Below, in pieces: positions 43,028 through 52,794 of a DNA stretch of 64,000 bases. How positions within the stretch are numbered: the first letter of the stretch is position 1; the number at the start of each line of letters is the position of its first letter. The translations under genes were made by a program, and so were the position numbers. The notes beneath the pieces are model-generated. The model saw only the letters and a program-made list of their open reading frames with translations, was not told the origin of the DNA and did not search any database. The DNA comes from a virus (lineage: Duplodnaviria; Caudoviricetes), in IMG/VR virus record IMGVR_UViG_3300020042_009256, positions 1-64,000 of that record. One strand, 5' to 3'.

Positions 43028-43687
43028 CTAATAGTCGAATACAGAATCTAACTCATCAGAGGGATAGTCGACCCAAGAACCGTCTTCCAGGCGGAACTCA
43101 TTAGCAAATTGCGACAATATGTATGGGTTGATACCGTTTTCCAACTGTCGTATCGCTCCTACTTGCTTAATGGAACCAGCGTAATTACGGAAACAAGTAA
43201 GTAAAATATCGGTGGACGGTTTTAAAAGTGTCTGTGATTCCTTTAAGAATAACTTAACCTCTTCCCGCCTGCGCATCAAAAGCCCGCCAATAGCTTGTTG
43301 TTCCTCATCAAAAATCCAACGGCTTATTTCTTCTGCTGCTCCACATAAATCTTCGTGTTCAATGCAATCAATTACACGACTGTACAAAAATGATTCCCAC
43401 CCTATTGAGTGAATAAATGATATCAACGCTTGCCGCATGCATTCATCTAATTGAAGATTTAACGTTTCAAGCTGGCTATCAATTACATTGATTTCATGAA
43501 ACAAATATTCAAGCGCTTTGCTTTTACTGCAACACTGTTCTTTTTTTACTGGTAGACCATCTGGATAAAATTGTGTGCCATATCCAAATGTGTAAGGCTC
43601 TTGTCCAGTAATTGGGTTTGCATATGCTTTTTCGTTAAACCCTTCATGTTTGCAAATTAAATCGATAGCGTACAAAAAATTAGACAT
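43028..43687 (-). CDS. GH24 phage lysozyme
   Basis: ICKHEGF..KAYANP.TG..PYTFGYG; ALISF..SIG; RW...GGLLMRRREEVKLF. Confidence 0.85.
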   Translation of the reverse strand: MSNFLYAIDLICKHEGFNEKAYANPITGQEPYTFGYGTQFYPDGLPVKKEQCCSKSKALEYLFHEINVIDSQLETLNLQLDECMRQALISFIHSIGWESFLYSRVIDCIEHEDLCGAAEEISRWIFDEEQQAIGGLLMRRREEVKLFLKESQTLLKPSTDILLTCFRNYAGSIKQVGAIRQLENGINPYILSQFANEFRLEDGSWVDYPSDELDSVFDY

Positions 43688-43710
43688 GGGGATAACACTT
43701 GCTATCCCCA
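43687..43710 (-). promoter_or_regulatory. hairpin occluding the lysozyme translation start
   Basis: - strand TGGGGATA-GCAAGTGT-TATCCCCA; the last A is the A of AUG. Confidence 0.55.
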
Positions 43711-43730
43711 ATCATACACAATGTAATTAA

Positions 43731-43856
43731 CTATCGACCCTGGCCACGGCTTGGTTTGCGTCCATGGTTAGGTTTTGAATGCTTACCATCTCCCTGACGT
43801 GAGCGCTTGGGCTTGGATTCAACTGTAAGTGATGTGGTGGACTTTGGTTTTGCCAT
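43731..43856 (-). CDS. 41-aa basic peptide
   Basis: MAKPKSTTSLTVESKPKRSRQGDGKHSKPNHGRKPSRGQGR; motif recalled from cyanophages; not in track. Confidence 0.65.
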   Translation of the reverse strand: MAKPKSTTSLTVESKPKRSRQGDGKHSKPNHGRKPSRGQGR

Positions 43857-43861
43857 TGAAA

Positions 43862-44149
43862 TTACCAGTTGTAGTTACACGCCCACCAGCCTGGAGTTAA
43901 CTTGTCAGTTTTCTCTGAGCAGTTGTGGCGCGATTTAAAGTTAGCACGCCTGCCTTCGTCTTTGTGAGAAAGGTAGTCGTCGTATCCACGCAAACCAAAT
44001 CGAACAATCCCTTCCCTACCCTTGTCACAAGCCTTTACAACATATTTGTGTTTATCTCCTTTTGGTGCACGCTGTGGCTTATTGCAGGCCATCTTGTCCT
44101 TTTGATAGCGATGCGCTGCACTAGCTGCTTTTTTTGCTTTATCTGACAT
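43862..44149 (-). CDS. basic protein (DUF5754-like)
   Basis: HKYVV...VRFG..GYDDY..HKD..RRANF.SRH......PGWWA..NW. Confidence 0.65.
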   Translation of the reverse strand: MSDKAKKAASAAHRYQKDKMACNKPQRAPKGDKHKYVVKACDKGREGIVRFGLRGYDDYLSHKDEGRRANFKSRHNCSEKTDKLTPGWWACNYNW

Positions 44150-47049
44150 TAAAGCCCTTTAAATAAAGATGTGAATTCACCAAGAACTTGTCTTCCTGTT
44201 TTTGAAGAGCTGTTATCTTCTTCATCATCATTTAATTTTAAATCAAAGAAATTCGTATCTTCATCATCTTTGGTAGATTTGCTTGTTGTTTTTGTAACTT
44301 CTGTTTCATCTTCACCCAGGAGGCTGCTAACTTTACTGAGATTTTCCCAGGGATCTTTTGAATAAAAACCAGTTACTTCAAGAGGTTTATTCATGGCTGC
44401 TTTACTAAGAATTCCTAGTTCTGATGGATCAGTATCTGGGAAGAATTTTTCATAAAACTCATCTTCACTTCCTTTGTAGCCTGCCTTTTGAAATGTTTTA
44501 TACAACGCATCATCTGTTCTAACTGGCGCATTTTTAAAATCTTCAGGTCTATCAATGTAAGTAATACCTAAAACTTCTTGTGTTGGATCTTTTCTTTTTT
44601 CATTTAGGTATTTAATCTTCGATCTGATATCTGCAGCAGTACCACTTCTTATGGTGGAAGTAATATAAGTTTTTAATTCATCAAGAGTTCCTTTCCAGGT
44701 ATCCATACCAAACTGTTTAAGTGATTCGTCCCAGGTTTTTTTATCATTTGGATCTAATCCTTTTAACATTTCATCGGCAAATTCATCAGGTGTTTTAAAT
44801 ATACCAAAAACAGTCCCCTGTTTTAATGCTTCTCCTTTTAATTGAGGCAGAATATTGTTGTTAATTTCATCTTGAACTTTCCCAGCATTAAGGATATCTT
44901 CCGCTGGATCATAGTTTCTGTGTTGGCCTGCAACTTCAAAATGCATGCGTGCAAAAGCATCTTTGTTGTTTACATCAATACCATATCGATACGCTTGGCT
45001 TACCCAGTAGGGGTCGCCATTTTTTGCTTTATCCCAATCACTGGCTACGGTTTCCCTTTGGTTTACGTATGAGCCATTTGCTTCTCTTCCTTTATTACCT
45101 GTTGGATTAAAATAAAATTCTGCATTAAAACCACGGGGGCCTGTGCTTCCTATTTGATCTAAATACATTTTCGCACGTAAATCAGCAGTTTGTTTTACAG
45201 CGTTAAGCATGACTTGAGTTTGGAATGGGTTTTGTTCTTCTTGCCTAACGTCTAAATACTCAACAAATTCATCCATTGATCTTGATTCATCAAAGCGTGG
45301 CTTTAAATATTTAGTTATGAAATCATTTGCAAATCCTTTGTCAATTCTTACTTGCTCTTTTGCATCTCCAACAGAATAACCTAATTCAAGATCTTTGTTA
45401 TATTTTTCTGTTAATGCATTATCAAACCATTGTTGCCAATTATATATAGCGTTGTTGTTTGTTGTTTTTGTTAATCCTTCAATGCCTTTTTCTAATGATT
45501 CTTTTTGTTTTTCTCCTGCTGACCCCATCATTGCAAGTGTTCCGCCTATGCCCGAATCACCAAGAAGTGACTCAGATAATGTTTTACCCATGTCCATAAT
45601 TTCGCCAACACCTGAAAATCCTTTTAACGTTGCTAAAGTACTTTCTTTTGCTTTCTGTTTTTTCATTTCAGTGATTGTATCTTGTAAAACGTTTTGTGAT
45701 AATGCAGAAAATCGTTTTACATCCACCATGGCTTTATCACCAACTGCTTGATTTAATGCATCTTCTAAGTCAGTGACACCATATCCCATATTTGCGTTGT
45801 ACCTAAAGCTGATATTTTTATCCTCAGGTCTATCAGATAATCTGAATAAAGCTGCAAATTCATCTGGTTTATTAACATCCAAGTACTTTTCTTTTGCTAA
45901 CTTGTCCCAGTAAGCGTCTCCATTTATCGCTGCTTCCCACTGAGCATTAATTTCTGGGATGTTAAGCAGGCGATCTGTTTGTGTGCCTGTGTTTATTCCT
46001 AGTTGTAAATCACGAGCATTTTGAATATCTGCATCAGTAGGTTTTTCTGTGTAAGCGTCTGCTTGATTTAAAACTTCTGCTTTGTTTCCACGAGCACCTG
46101 CTGGTTTTCCTTGGCTTGTATAGTGTTGTAAATAAAACCCACGCTCTCCATAACGTTCTGTAATATCAATGTCATCATTTTGTACTGCAGCTTGCCATTG
46201 TTGTACTGCTGCAGGGTTATTTTCTTTGTAATAATCAGACTCAAAAACACCATATGCAGGTCTAGCACCTAAAGCTGGGTCCCATCTTTCTAATTTTTGA
46301 TCTCTGTAGAAATCTTTAAATCCATCTTTAACTGCATTTTTAACAGCACTTGATGTATTTAATGCATCTAATGCATTTCTTTGATCGATATAACTTCCTT
46401 TTTGCGTAGCGTATGCAATTTGTTCTGCTTTGTCATAAGCTTCGTTAGTTTGTTTATTTTGATTTTCAATAACAGCAAGTCTTTTGTTTAATTCAGCATA
46501 TGCAGCATTTTCTCGTTTATTGTTTTGACTTTCGTTATATGCATTTACAATTGTTTCTGATTGAGCACGACCATGATCATATTTAGCGCTGCCACTTTCT
46601 GACCAATCTTCTCCACCAAGCCTGGCTTGGAGATACCCTGCAATATCATCTCTACTTGCTCCTGCTACTTCACTAAACGGAACCCAAACATAACGTGTTT
46701 CTGTTGTGTAAAAAGGATTGCCCGAATCATCTGTGTCACCACTACCAAAAATTTCATAAGTAGTACCGTCATCATTAACTGGCCTTATGTGAACCGTATA
46801 CGGAATATTTACGCCATCAGGAGCGTTTTTATTAGTCGGATAGGTAGCTAGATTTGTTTCTTTTTTGCTACTGTTGAATTTTTTCTTGTTTGAATCATAA
46901 TAAAACGAAACACTGTCAGCGGCTTGTTGCTCAGCTTTTACAAGATTTAAACCTGCTTGAAATCCTTCCCATTTGGTAATATCCTGATCAACATTGCCCC
47001 AGGCAAGACCCGGCTCTGTACTACCACCACCACCTTGGCCTTTACTCAT
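44149..47049 (-). CDS. large virion protein (internal/ejection or tape-measure-like)
   Basis: 966 aa in the structural arm; duplicated GDxYW..A...DV...D.FA motif. Confidence 0.7.
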   Translation of the reverse strand: MSKGQGGGGSTEPGLAWGNVDQDITKWEGFQAGLNLVKAEQQAADSVSFYYDSNKKKFNSSKKETNLATYPTNKNAPDGVNIPYTVHIRPVNDDGTTYEIFGSGDTDDSGNPFYTTETRYVWVPFSEVAGASRDDIAGYLQARLGGEDWSESGSAKYDHGRAQSETIVNAYNESQNNKRENAAYAELNKRLAVIENQNKQTNEAYDKAEQIAYATQKGSYIDQRNALDALNTSSAVKNAVKDGFKDFYRDQKLERWDPALGARPAYGVFESDYYKENNPAAVQQWQAAVQNDDIDITERYGERGFYLQHYTSQGKPAGARGNKAEVLNQADAYTEKPTDADIQNARDLQLGINTGTQTDRLLNIPEINAQWEAAINGDAYWDKLAKEKYLDVNKPDEFAALFRLSDRPEDKNISFRYNANMGYGVTDLEDALNQAVGDKAMVDVKRFSALSQNVLQDTITEMKKQKAKESTLATLKGFSGVGEIMDMGKTLSESLLGDSGIGGTLAMMGSAGEKQKESLEKGIEGLTKTTNNNAIYNWQQWFDNALTEKYNKDLELGYSVGDAKEQVRIDKGFANDFITKYLKPRFDESRSMDEFVEYLDVRQEEQNPFQTQVMLNAVKQTADLRAKMYLDQIGSTGPRGFNAEFYFNPTGNKGREANGSYVNQRETVASDWDKAKNGDPYWVSQAYRYGIDVNNKDAFARMHFEVAGQHRNYDPAEDILNAGKVQDEINNNILPQLKGEALKQGTVFGIFKTPDEFADEMLKGLDPNDKKTWDESLKQFGMDTWKGTLDELKTYITSTIRSGTAADIRSKIKYLNEKRKDPTQEVLGITYIDRPEDFKNAPVRTDDALYKTFQKAGYKGSEDEFYEKFFPDTDPSELGILSKAAMNKPLEVTGFYSKDPWENLSKVSSLLGEDETEVTKTTSKSTKDDEDTNFFDLKLNDDEEDNSSSKTGRQVLGEFTSLFKGL

Positions 47050-47069
47050 TGAAAATACTAAGGTCTACT

Positions 47070-47438
47070 TCAACAAGCATATTCTATTGTGTTGTATTTT
47101 TGTGCTTGTACTACCAATACATCTTGAGAAACCCACTGATCAATTTTTCGATGTTTAAAAGAACAGTAAAATTCTTGCCGTTTGTACCAGGCCTCCATTG
47201 GTTCGCTTGCTTTTGATGTGTTGCAACGACGGCATGCGGGAATTAAATTGTTTCGATTACTAGAACCAGATTTGAAACGTGGAATAATGTGGTCAAGGCT
47301 TGTGGCTTCTTCGCCGCAATAACCACATTTACAGTCCCAGGAATCGTAAATAGCTTGTCTAAATCGTTTCTTTGCAAGTTTGGGAGTTAGTTCAAGGAGC
47401 AATGCGAGGGGTTCGTGTTCGCAGCTGAACATGCTCAA
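47070..47438 (-). CDS. HNH endonuclease
   Basis: CGYCG...SLDHIIPR.KSG.SNRNNLIPACRRCNTSK. Confidence 0.9.
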   Translation of the reverse strand: MSMFSCEHEPLALLLELTPKLAKKRFRQAIYDSWDCKCGYCGEEATSLDHIIPRFKSGSSNRNNLIPACRRCNTSKASEPMEAWYKRQEFYCSFKHRKIDQWVSQDVLVVQAQKYNTIEYAC

Positions 47439-47569
47439 TTTGCAGTTATCTTATTTTAATTTGACTTCACACATTTTCCGCTTAAATGTAAAGATAAAAA
47501 AACCGTAAAACCCCCTTGACAAGGTTTGGCGGCCTGATAGGGTAGAGGGACACAAGACTTTCTCAAGTC

Positions 47570-47779
47570 ATGACCAAACAACGTGAGTGGGTTTCCATTC
47601 AACAAGCTGAAACTCTTCTAGGCATTGATCGCAAAACCCTCTTCAAATACCGTGACGACGGCACCCTCAAGCTTGGTCCCCACTTCGCTGCTTTCCCTGG
47701 CACCTACTCACGCGATAGCTACCGTTGGAACGTTGAAAAGGTTCGGAAGCACTTGAACAAAATGGCAGCTGCCGTTTGA
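47570..47779 (+). CDS. HTH DNA-binding protein
   Basis: WVSIQQAETLLGIDRKTLFKYR; possible promoter TTGACA-16 nt-TAGGGT upstream. Confidence 0.75.
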   Translation: MTKQREWVSIQQAETLLGIDRKTLFKYRDDGTLKLGPHFAAFPGTYSRDSYRWNVEKVRKHLNKMAAAV

Positions 47780-47795
47780 TTTCAAAACAAAACTT

Positions 47796-47826
47796 AAAGC
47801 AGTCCCGCTTATGGGGCTGCTTTTTT
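47796..47826 (+). terminator. bidirectional rho-independent terminator
   Basis: AAAGCAGTCCC-GCTTAT-GGGGCTGCTTTTTT between convergent genes. Confidence 0.75.
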
Positions 47827-48046
47827 ATGCAGGTCCGATACCACTTGCATACGCTGCCCATGCAGCGCCTAACGCATTTATTGTTGATGTTTCCCCAGTG
47901 GTATATGGCAGGTTTACTACATCACCAGGAGAGTACACTGTGGGGCTACCGCTGTAAAAAACTTCACTAAAACCAAATTTACTAGCTTTTAATTGTTCTT
48001 CAGACAGTATGTAGCGTGTTTCAATAATTTCACCAAAATCAGCCAT
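47825..48046 (-). CDS. hypothetical protein
   Basis: 73-aa ORF ending the structural operon. Confidence 0.7.
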   Translation of the reverse strand: MADFGEIIETRYILSEEQLKASKFGFSEVFYSGSPTVYSPGDVVNLPYTTGETSTINALGAAWAAYASGIGPA

Positions 48047-48048
48047 GG

Positions 48049-49530
48049 TTATACAGCGGGTAATTCTCCGGCAGATGGGTTGTAAAACGCACCGGTCTTA
48101 TCTTGCATTCTAAAGTTTTCTAACCTAATAAACGATGTTGGTACGTTGAGTAATTTCTGCAACATAGGAAGAACTTGGGGCGATTGAAAGTTTTGTGGTG
48201 GTACATCCATAAGTGCCATGGCCCGTAATCCATTTGTTCTTTGAATGTGTTCTTTGGTTTCATGAGATTCATGCACTAATCGTTGTTCCCAAGCCGTAAG
48301 ACTTTCTTCTGTATCTACGGGATAATCAGAAGGCTCTGGCGGCAAAATACCTTCTTCAAAACGTAATGCATAAATGTGTTTGCAGTACCGCATTTCATCA
48401 AGTAACGGTGACCAATAATCAGAGAATGAAATAATTTGATTGTTTTTAGCTGTGTAATCAACAAAGGTTGTTGGTCCTTCCGCTCTACGAGCAGCAGAAA
48501 AATTCCTTAAATAACGACCGCCAAAATCATTAAACACCCCTGGGTTGTCAATAGATTCTGCAGTCAAGGTTAGGTCTCTATTTGTATTTGCATTTGTCAT
48601 TGCACGATTATCAACTGAACCGGTTCCTTGATCTGTAATTACTTCATGGCGACCATACTTAAGCAAAGATGGTTTTGTATATGGAAACCGACGTCGTTCT
48701 TTGCCATCTAAATTCATCATGAAAGCGTAACTACGCCGACTAAAATCTTGACACGAACAAGCGTAACGTGTTCCAATAGTTAAGTAACGCCCTGCAGTTG
48801 GCTTTCTTGTTGCGGGTGTTAAGTAAAGATTGTCGGGACTAGCTTCAAAGGAACTAGTTTTTTGTAGTTTTAAAATTCCGTTATTCCCATCAACGTCAAT
48901 TAAAATTGCTTGGACAAAGCCATATCTTTTATCTGTTACTGGATTTAATGTATCTTTGGTAATCGGTACACCTTCTGGGACAAGAATACGATCTTCTAGT
49001 ATTTCACCTAATAAAGGTTTGAGAGCTGGTCCAGAAGGATTTGGTACATATAAAGGCGGTGGTAAAGGATTGACACTACTCCAAGTCCCTGCAAGCTGTA
49101 CGTACCAGTACTCATCATCTTCTGTTACAGAAGCAATGCTTGCCAGGGTTCCAGTTGAATCCTGTACGTTATCAAACCGAAGAATCGCCCCTACACGGCA
49201 TCCAGCCCAGTGCACGCCGAATTCTTTGTTTGATGTAGGGAAGCCTTGTACAACCCCCAGGATTAAAGGCTGACGACCTTCCGTTGGTGCTGTGCCATCT
49301 GGATATGGTACTTGGTATTGGAACGGGTAAGTTAATGCATGTTGTACACCAACTCCAGCAGAAATTTCATAACCACGACGCCATCGAGTCCATGCTGACT
49401 CTCGATCCATTCGTGCAATAGAGTTAGGAACTGAACCTTTAGAAAACTCTGTTGTTACTGGTTGGACTCTTGTGATAGATGGAATATCTTGGGCTCCAAA
49501 AGAACCAAAGTTATTTCCTTGTTTAGCCAT
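48049..49530 (-). CDS. 493-aa protein with split SWIM-like motif
   Basis: RYACSCQDF ... RYCKHIYA separated by a long insert. Confidence 0.7.
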   Translation of the reverse strand: MAKQGNNFGSFGAQDIPSITRVQPVTTEFSKGSVPNSIARMDRESAWTRWRRGYEISAGVGVQHALTYPFQYQVPYPDGTAPTEGRQPLILGVVQGFPTSNKEFGVHWAGCRVGAILRFDNVQDSTGTLASIASVTEDDEYWYVQLAGTWSSVNPLPPPLYVPNPSGPALKPLLGEILEDRILVPEGVPITKDTLNPVTDKRYGFVQAILIDVDGNNGILKLQKTSSFEASPDNLYLTPATRKPTAGRYLTIGTRYACSCQDFSRRSYAFMMNLDGKERRRFPYTKPSLLKYGRHEVITDQGTGSVDNRAMTNANTNRDLTLTAESIDNPGVFNDFGGRYLRNFSAARRAEGPTTFVDYTAKNNQIISFSDYWSPLLDEMRYCKHIYALRFEEGILPPEPSDYPVDTEESLTAWEQRLVHESHETKEHIQRTNGLRAMALMDVPPQNFQSPQVLPMLQKLLNVPTSFIRLENFRMQDKTGAFYNPSAGELPAV

Positions 49531-49533
49531 TAG

Positions 49534-50310
49534 TTAGAAGAATCCACCTTGAGCAATAACCTGTACTCCGGGAATGTATCCAGAAACGTTTGGACCATCC
49601 GGAAAAACACCAACGTAAATACGATCTCCACGCTCCAGGTAAATACCTTTGTTACGTAAGGGTGCAGTAGTGCCTAACCCGTTTGTGTTTCCTGCAGAAG
49701 CCATTGGATAAGCAATTTGAGGAAGCAAGTCAGAGCAATCAACTATCCCACTGTTGGCTGGGATTGTTTTTGCAAACAAAAGATTATAGTCACCAGATCC
49801 AGGGATTGGTGTTGTAGTGTTACGAGTCTGGTAGAAAACAAAAGTTGCGGCTGGTTGGTAACCGTAGGCAATACCTTGCCAGAAAAAACCAGTTGCAGTA
49901 AGTCCTGAGTAATTTAAAGCACCGAGTTTACCTGTGGTGGTAGTTCCTGTGTATGTGTAGTAACCAACGCCACTGGCAAAGCCATTGTTCATAGCACCTG
50001 TGGTAGAAACATACACGATCTGTCCGCTTGACAAGGAAACAGGATTGCCGGAAGTAGTGATATCTAAAGTAAAATCTGGAGCCCGATAAAAATCGTTACG
50101 GACAATAGTAATCGAATCAACTACACCACCAGAATTATTATCTTCACTTAAAGTTGCGTCCATGTCTACCAAGATGGACGGAGCTTGGCCACCCTGTACA
50201 AACAACGTGCTTGCGCCTGCGCTGCCAACAACCTGTGTCGTTACTCGCACCGTGTCAAATAACGGGCGATCCGAAAATACTGGCTGCTTATTGGTTGAGG
50301 TGGATGCCAC
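49534..50310 (-). CDS. putative virion structural protein
   Basis: T/G/S-rich, beta-rich, structural operon; GTG start. Confidence 0.7.
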   Translation of the reverse strand: MASTSTNKQPVFSDRPLFDTVRVTTQVVGSAGASTLFVQGGQAPSILVDMDATLSEDNNSGGVVDSITIVRNDFYRAPDFTLDITTSGNPVSLSSGQIVYVSTTGAMNNGFASGVGYYTYTGTTTTGKLGALNYSGLTATGFFWQGIAYGYQPAATFVFYQTRNTTTPIPGSGDYNLLFAKTIPANSGIVDCSDLLPQIAYPMASAGNTNGLGTTAPLRNKGIYLERGDRIYVGVFPDGPNVSGYIPGVQVIAQGGFF

Positions 50311-50349
50311 GCTTCTTACATCGACTTTTCATTAATTATAACTGCTGTT

Positions 50350-50619
50350 CTACTGTGAAGCAAATTGATTAAATGCTAAAAAATCTGGGGGCAAATTCAT
50401 TTTAGATGCGACCATAGCATCTGGATTATTTTGCCAATTCAAAAAATCTTGAAAAGAAGTACCTTCGTTTGCAGTTGATTTAAACGCAGGCCTGTTCCAT
50501 TTTTTGTTTGCTTCATATGCAATGGTTGCCATTGGATTTAATGACGCTGTTTCATAAGAAGCCCTACGCAACTCTCCTGGTAAGTTGCCGCTTTCAATGT
50601 AGTCAGCAAAACGTGCCAT
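50350..50619 (-). CDS. hypothetical protein
   Basis: Coupled (TAATG). Confidence 0.7.
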   Translation of the reverse strand: MARFADYIESGNLPGELRRASYETASLNPMATIAYEANKKWNRPAFKSTANEGTSFQDFLNWQNNPDAMVASKMNLPPDFLAFNQFASQ

Positions 50620-51257
50620 TATGCAAAAAGATCAAGGTAATCACTAGGCATGGCATCAGCCATGGCAAGGTTGCTATCCATTAACAACCCAGTTGAACTG
50701 CGTTGTTGCATAACAGCTGGTATAACTTGTTTTAATACTTGTTGTAATAAAGAATTTCCTAGGTTGTTACCTTTTTCAACAGCTTGTGTTATTGCGGGCG
50801 GAGGAGGTGGTCCCAGGTTACCCAACTGTCCATAAGCCATTCTTGCTGCTTTAAAACGATTTTCATCTTTAGGAACACCAGCTCTTTCGTAATCACGCCT
50901 GAAAACTAAAGCGGCTTGTTCCGGTGATACTGCACCACGTAATGAGGCAAGTGAGTTTTTTTCCGTGCCTTGTAACTCATGGACTAAAAATTGTGCCTGC
51001 AAATTTGGATCACCGGGATCCATTTTTTTTTGCTTAGCATAATTTACAAGATTGGTTTGCCTTGGACCAGTCCATTGCAAAAAACCATAGCCACCTTTCC
51101 CAAGTGGGTTGCCAACTACACCGCCTTCATTAACTCGTGTATTAAAACCAGATTCCTGGAACCCGTTACCCAAGATACCAGCTATCTGTCCATTGCTCAA
51201 CGCAAGGTTGTTTCTTAAGGCCCTAGCAAAAATAGCGGCGTTTGGATTTAGTTCCAT
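50619..51257 (-). CDS. virion-associated tail lysozyme domain protein
   Basis: AGILGN..QESG.N...EG......G.G.LQWTG.R..L..YA...D...Q..FL..EL...E...AA..F...YER. Confidence 0.8.
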   Translation of the reverse strand: MELNPNAAIFARALRNNLALSNGQIAGILGNGFQESGFNTRVNEGGVVGNPLGKGGYGFLQWTGPRQTNLVNYAKQKKMDPGDPNLQAQFLVHELQGTEKNSLASLRGAVSPEQAALVFRRDYERAGVPKDENRFKAARMAYGQLGNLGPPPPPAITQAVEKGNNLGNSLLQQVLKQVIPAVMQQRSSTGLLMDSNLAMADAMPSDYLDLFA

Positions 51258-51264
51258 TAGTTTT

Positions 51265-51387
51265 CTATCCTTCTGCTCCTACCCAGTTTGATTCAGCTTT
51301 GAGACCAGGGGTAAATACTGTTTGAGAAACCAGGAACAGACTTACGGCTGTAGCAAGACGCTTGACAAACTTAGGGCAAAGAATCAT
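51265..51387 (-). CDS. 40-aa peptide resembling a signal peptide
   Basis: MILCPKFVKRLATAVSLFLVSQTVFTPGLKAESNWVGAEG; not in track. Confidence 0.45.
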   Translation of the reverse strand: MILCPKFVKRLATAVSLFLVSQTVFTPGLKAESNWVGAEG

Positions 51388-51401
51388 TGGTTTAATGCAA
51401 C

Positions 51402-51476
51402 AACACTGGCTTCCGTGAATACAAAGGTATTCGTTATCCAGTTGGTGGACTTACCTGCTGAGCAGTGCCAAGTGTT
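51402..51476 (-). ncRNA. 75-nt four-way-junction RNA behind an extended -10 promoter
   Basis: - strand P1 AACAC(U)UGGC/GCCAGUGUU enclosing CUGC/GCAG, UCCA/UGGA and GAAUAC/GUAUUC; TG-T-TAGACT at 51488-51480. Confidence 0.5.
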
Positions 51477-51493
51477 TTCAGTCTAACAAATGT

Positions 51494-52294
51494 TTATTTA
51501 ATCCTTTGATTGTAAGCTTGTGCAATAAGCTGACGCTGCTTTTCATCAATGATACCAGCAGATGGAGCGTATGCCTGAACAGGATCGGTTAAGTAATCCG
51601 TAACGTTTTTAGGCAAAGGTTGATTAAATACTCCCGAAGCTACAGAAGATTGCAAAGCTGACGTGTCAAGTCCAGGGATGTTAAGCGGCGTGGTAAAAGC
51701 TTGTCCAATATCTCCTGGCATTGTACTTGTATCGACAGCAGGGGCAGTAAAGCTGGTTTGTGCCGAGTACTGAGGCATTACTCCTTTCAATGGACTTAAG
51801 TTTTGGAACGCTGTTAAAACATCGGAATACCCAGTAGCACCGGGTTTTAATTTTCTTGCTAAATCAGGGTTTGTTTGTGCCCAAATCTGCATGCCAATTT
51901 TTTCCCTTTCATCACCTTTAGCTGCATTGTATTGCTTGCTTAGTTCAGCAATCTGATATTTTTTGAATAAAGGGTCTTGTTCTGTTAATTGAGCAATTCT
52001 TGATTTTTCTGCTTCATACTCACGCTTTCCTGCAGGAGTTGTATCTGTTGTGGTTGTAGTTACTGTAGGTTGTGCTGTACTCATTCCTTCCGGACGTTTG
52101 GGAAGGTTAAATCTTTCTGAATACAAATAAGATTTTGGATTTAAAAAGTTGCGATACGCCTGTTGTAGTCCGGGATTTTTAATGCCAGGTTGAAATATAT
52201 TTCCAATGGCTTCTGTAAAGCCATAATCAACAGTACCTGGGATACGTCCTTGCACTGGTGTATTAGGAACAAAAAACTTTTTAGGGGTAGCCAT
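51494..52294 (-). CDS. putative internal virion protein
   Basis: Q/T/P-rich, structural operon. Confidence 0.7.
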   Translation of the reverse strand: MATPKKFFVPNTPVQGRIPGTVDYGFTEAIGNIFQPGIKNPGLQQAYRNFLNPKSYLYSERFNLPKRPEGMSTAQPTVTTTTTDTTPAGKREYEAEKSRIAQLTEQDPLFKKYQIAELSKQYNAAKGDEREKIGMQIWAQTNPDLARKLKPGATGYSDVLTAFQNLSPLKGVMPQYSAQTSFTAPAVDTSTMPGDIGQAFTTPLNIPGLDTSALQSSVASGVFNQPLPKNVTDYLTDPVQAYAPSAGIIDEKQRQLIAQAYNQRIK

Positions 52295-52755
52295 TACCTA
52301 CAAACTCCTCTTAAGAAAATACGGGAACCAACAGCTGTGTCGGCAGGTCCAGGTAAAGCCTGGATGAATTCAGCACCTGAACGTTCGTAACGATAGCGAG
52401 CCTGAAAAGGATCTTTATAGTTAGGTACGTACAAGATACCAGCAAGGCGATTGGTTTCGTAGAGATAAATCTCATCCCAAACCTTTAACGCTTCTTTGGC
52501 ATTACTTGATCTAATTGTACGATCAACATCCCCTGCAATACTTTCTAAACGTGTGGAAGGCGAAGTTGCGACTTCGGTTTTTCGTTCAGCCGTATCACAG
52601 CGTCCAATTTGAATGACAATCTTATCGTAAAAATAAGAGTCTGGTACTGTGTTAAGAGATTCTTCTAGACGTGAATAATCACCAGCAGGTACTGATACAA
52701 CAAAGTAACCTAGGTGATACCTAACCCTGCTCTTGTCGAAGTCAGATAATTGCAC
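52294..52755 (-). CDS. putative head-tail adaptor/connector
   Basis: MQLSDFDKSRVRYHLGY; helical; downstream of capsid genes. Confidence 0.5.
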   Translation of the reverse strand: MQLSDFDKSRVRYHLGYFVVSVPAGDYSRLEESLNTVPDSYFYDKIVIQIGRCDTAERKTEVATSPSTRLESIAGDVDRTIRSSNAKEALKVWDEIYLYETNRLAGILYVPNYKDPFQARYRYERSGAEFIQALPGPADTAVGSRIFLRGVCR

Positions 52756-52794
52756 TTCTAAAACTCTTCGTTATTTGATTATAAAGCAACAAAA

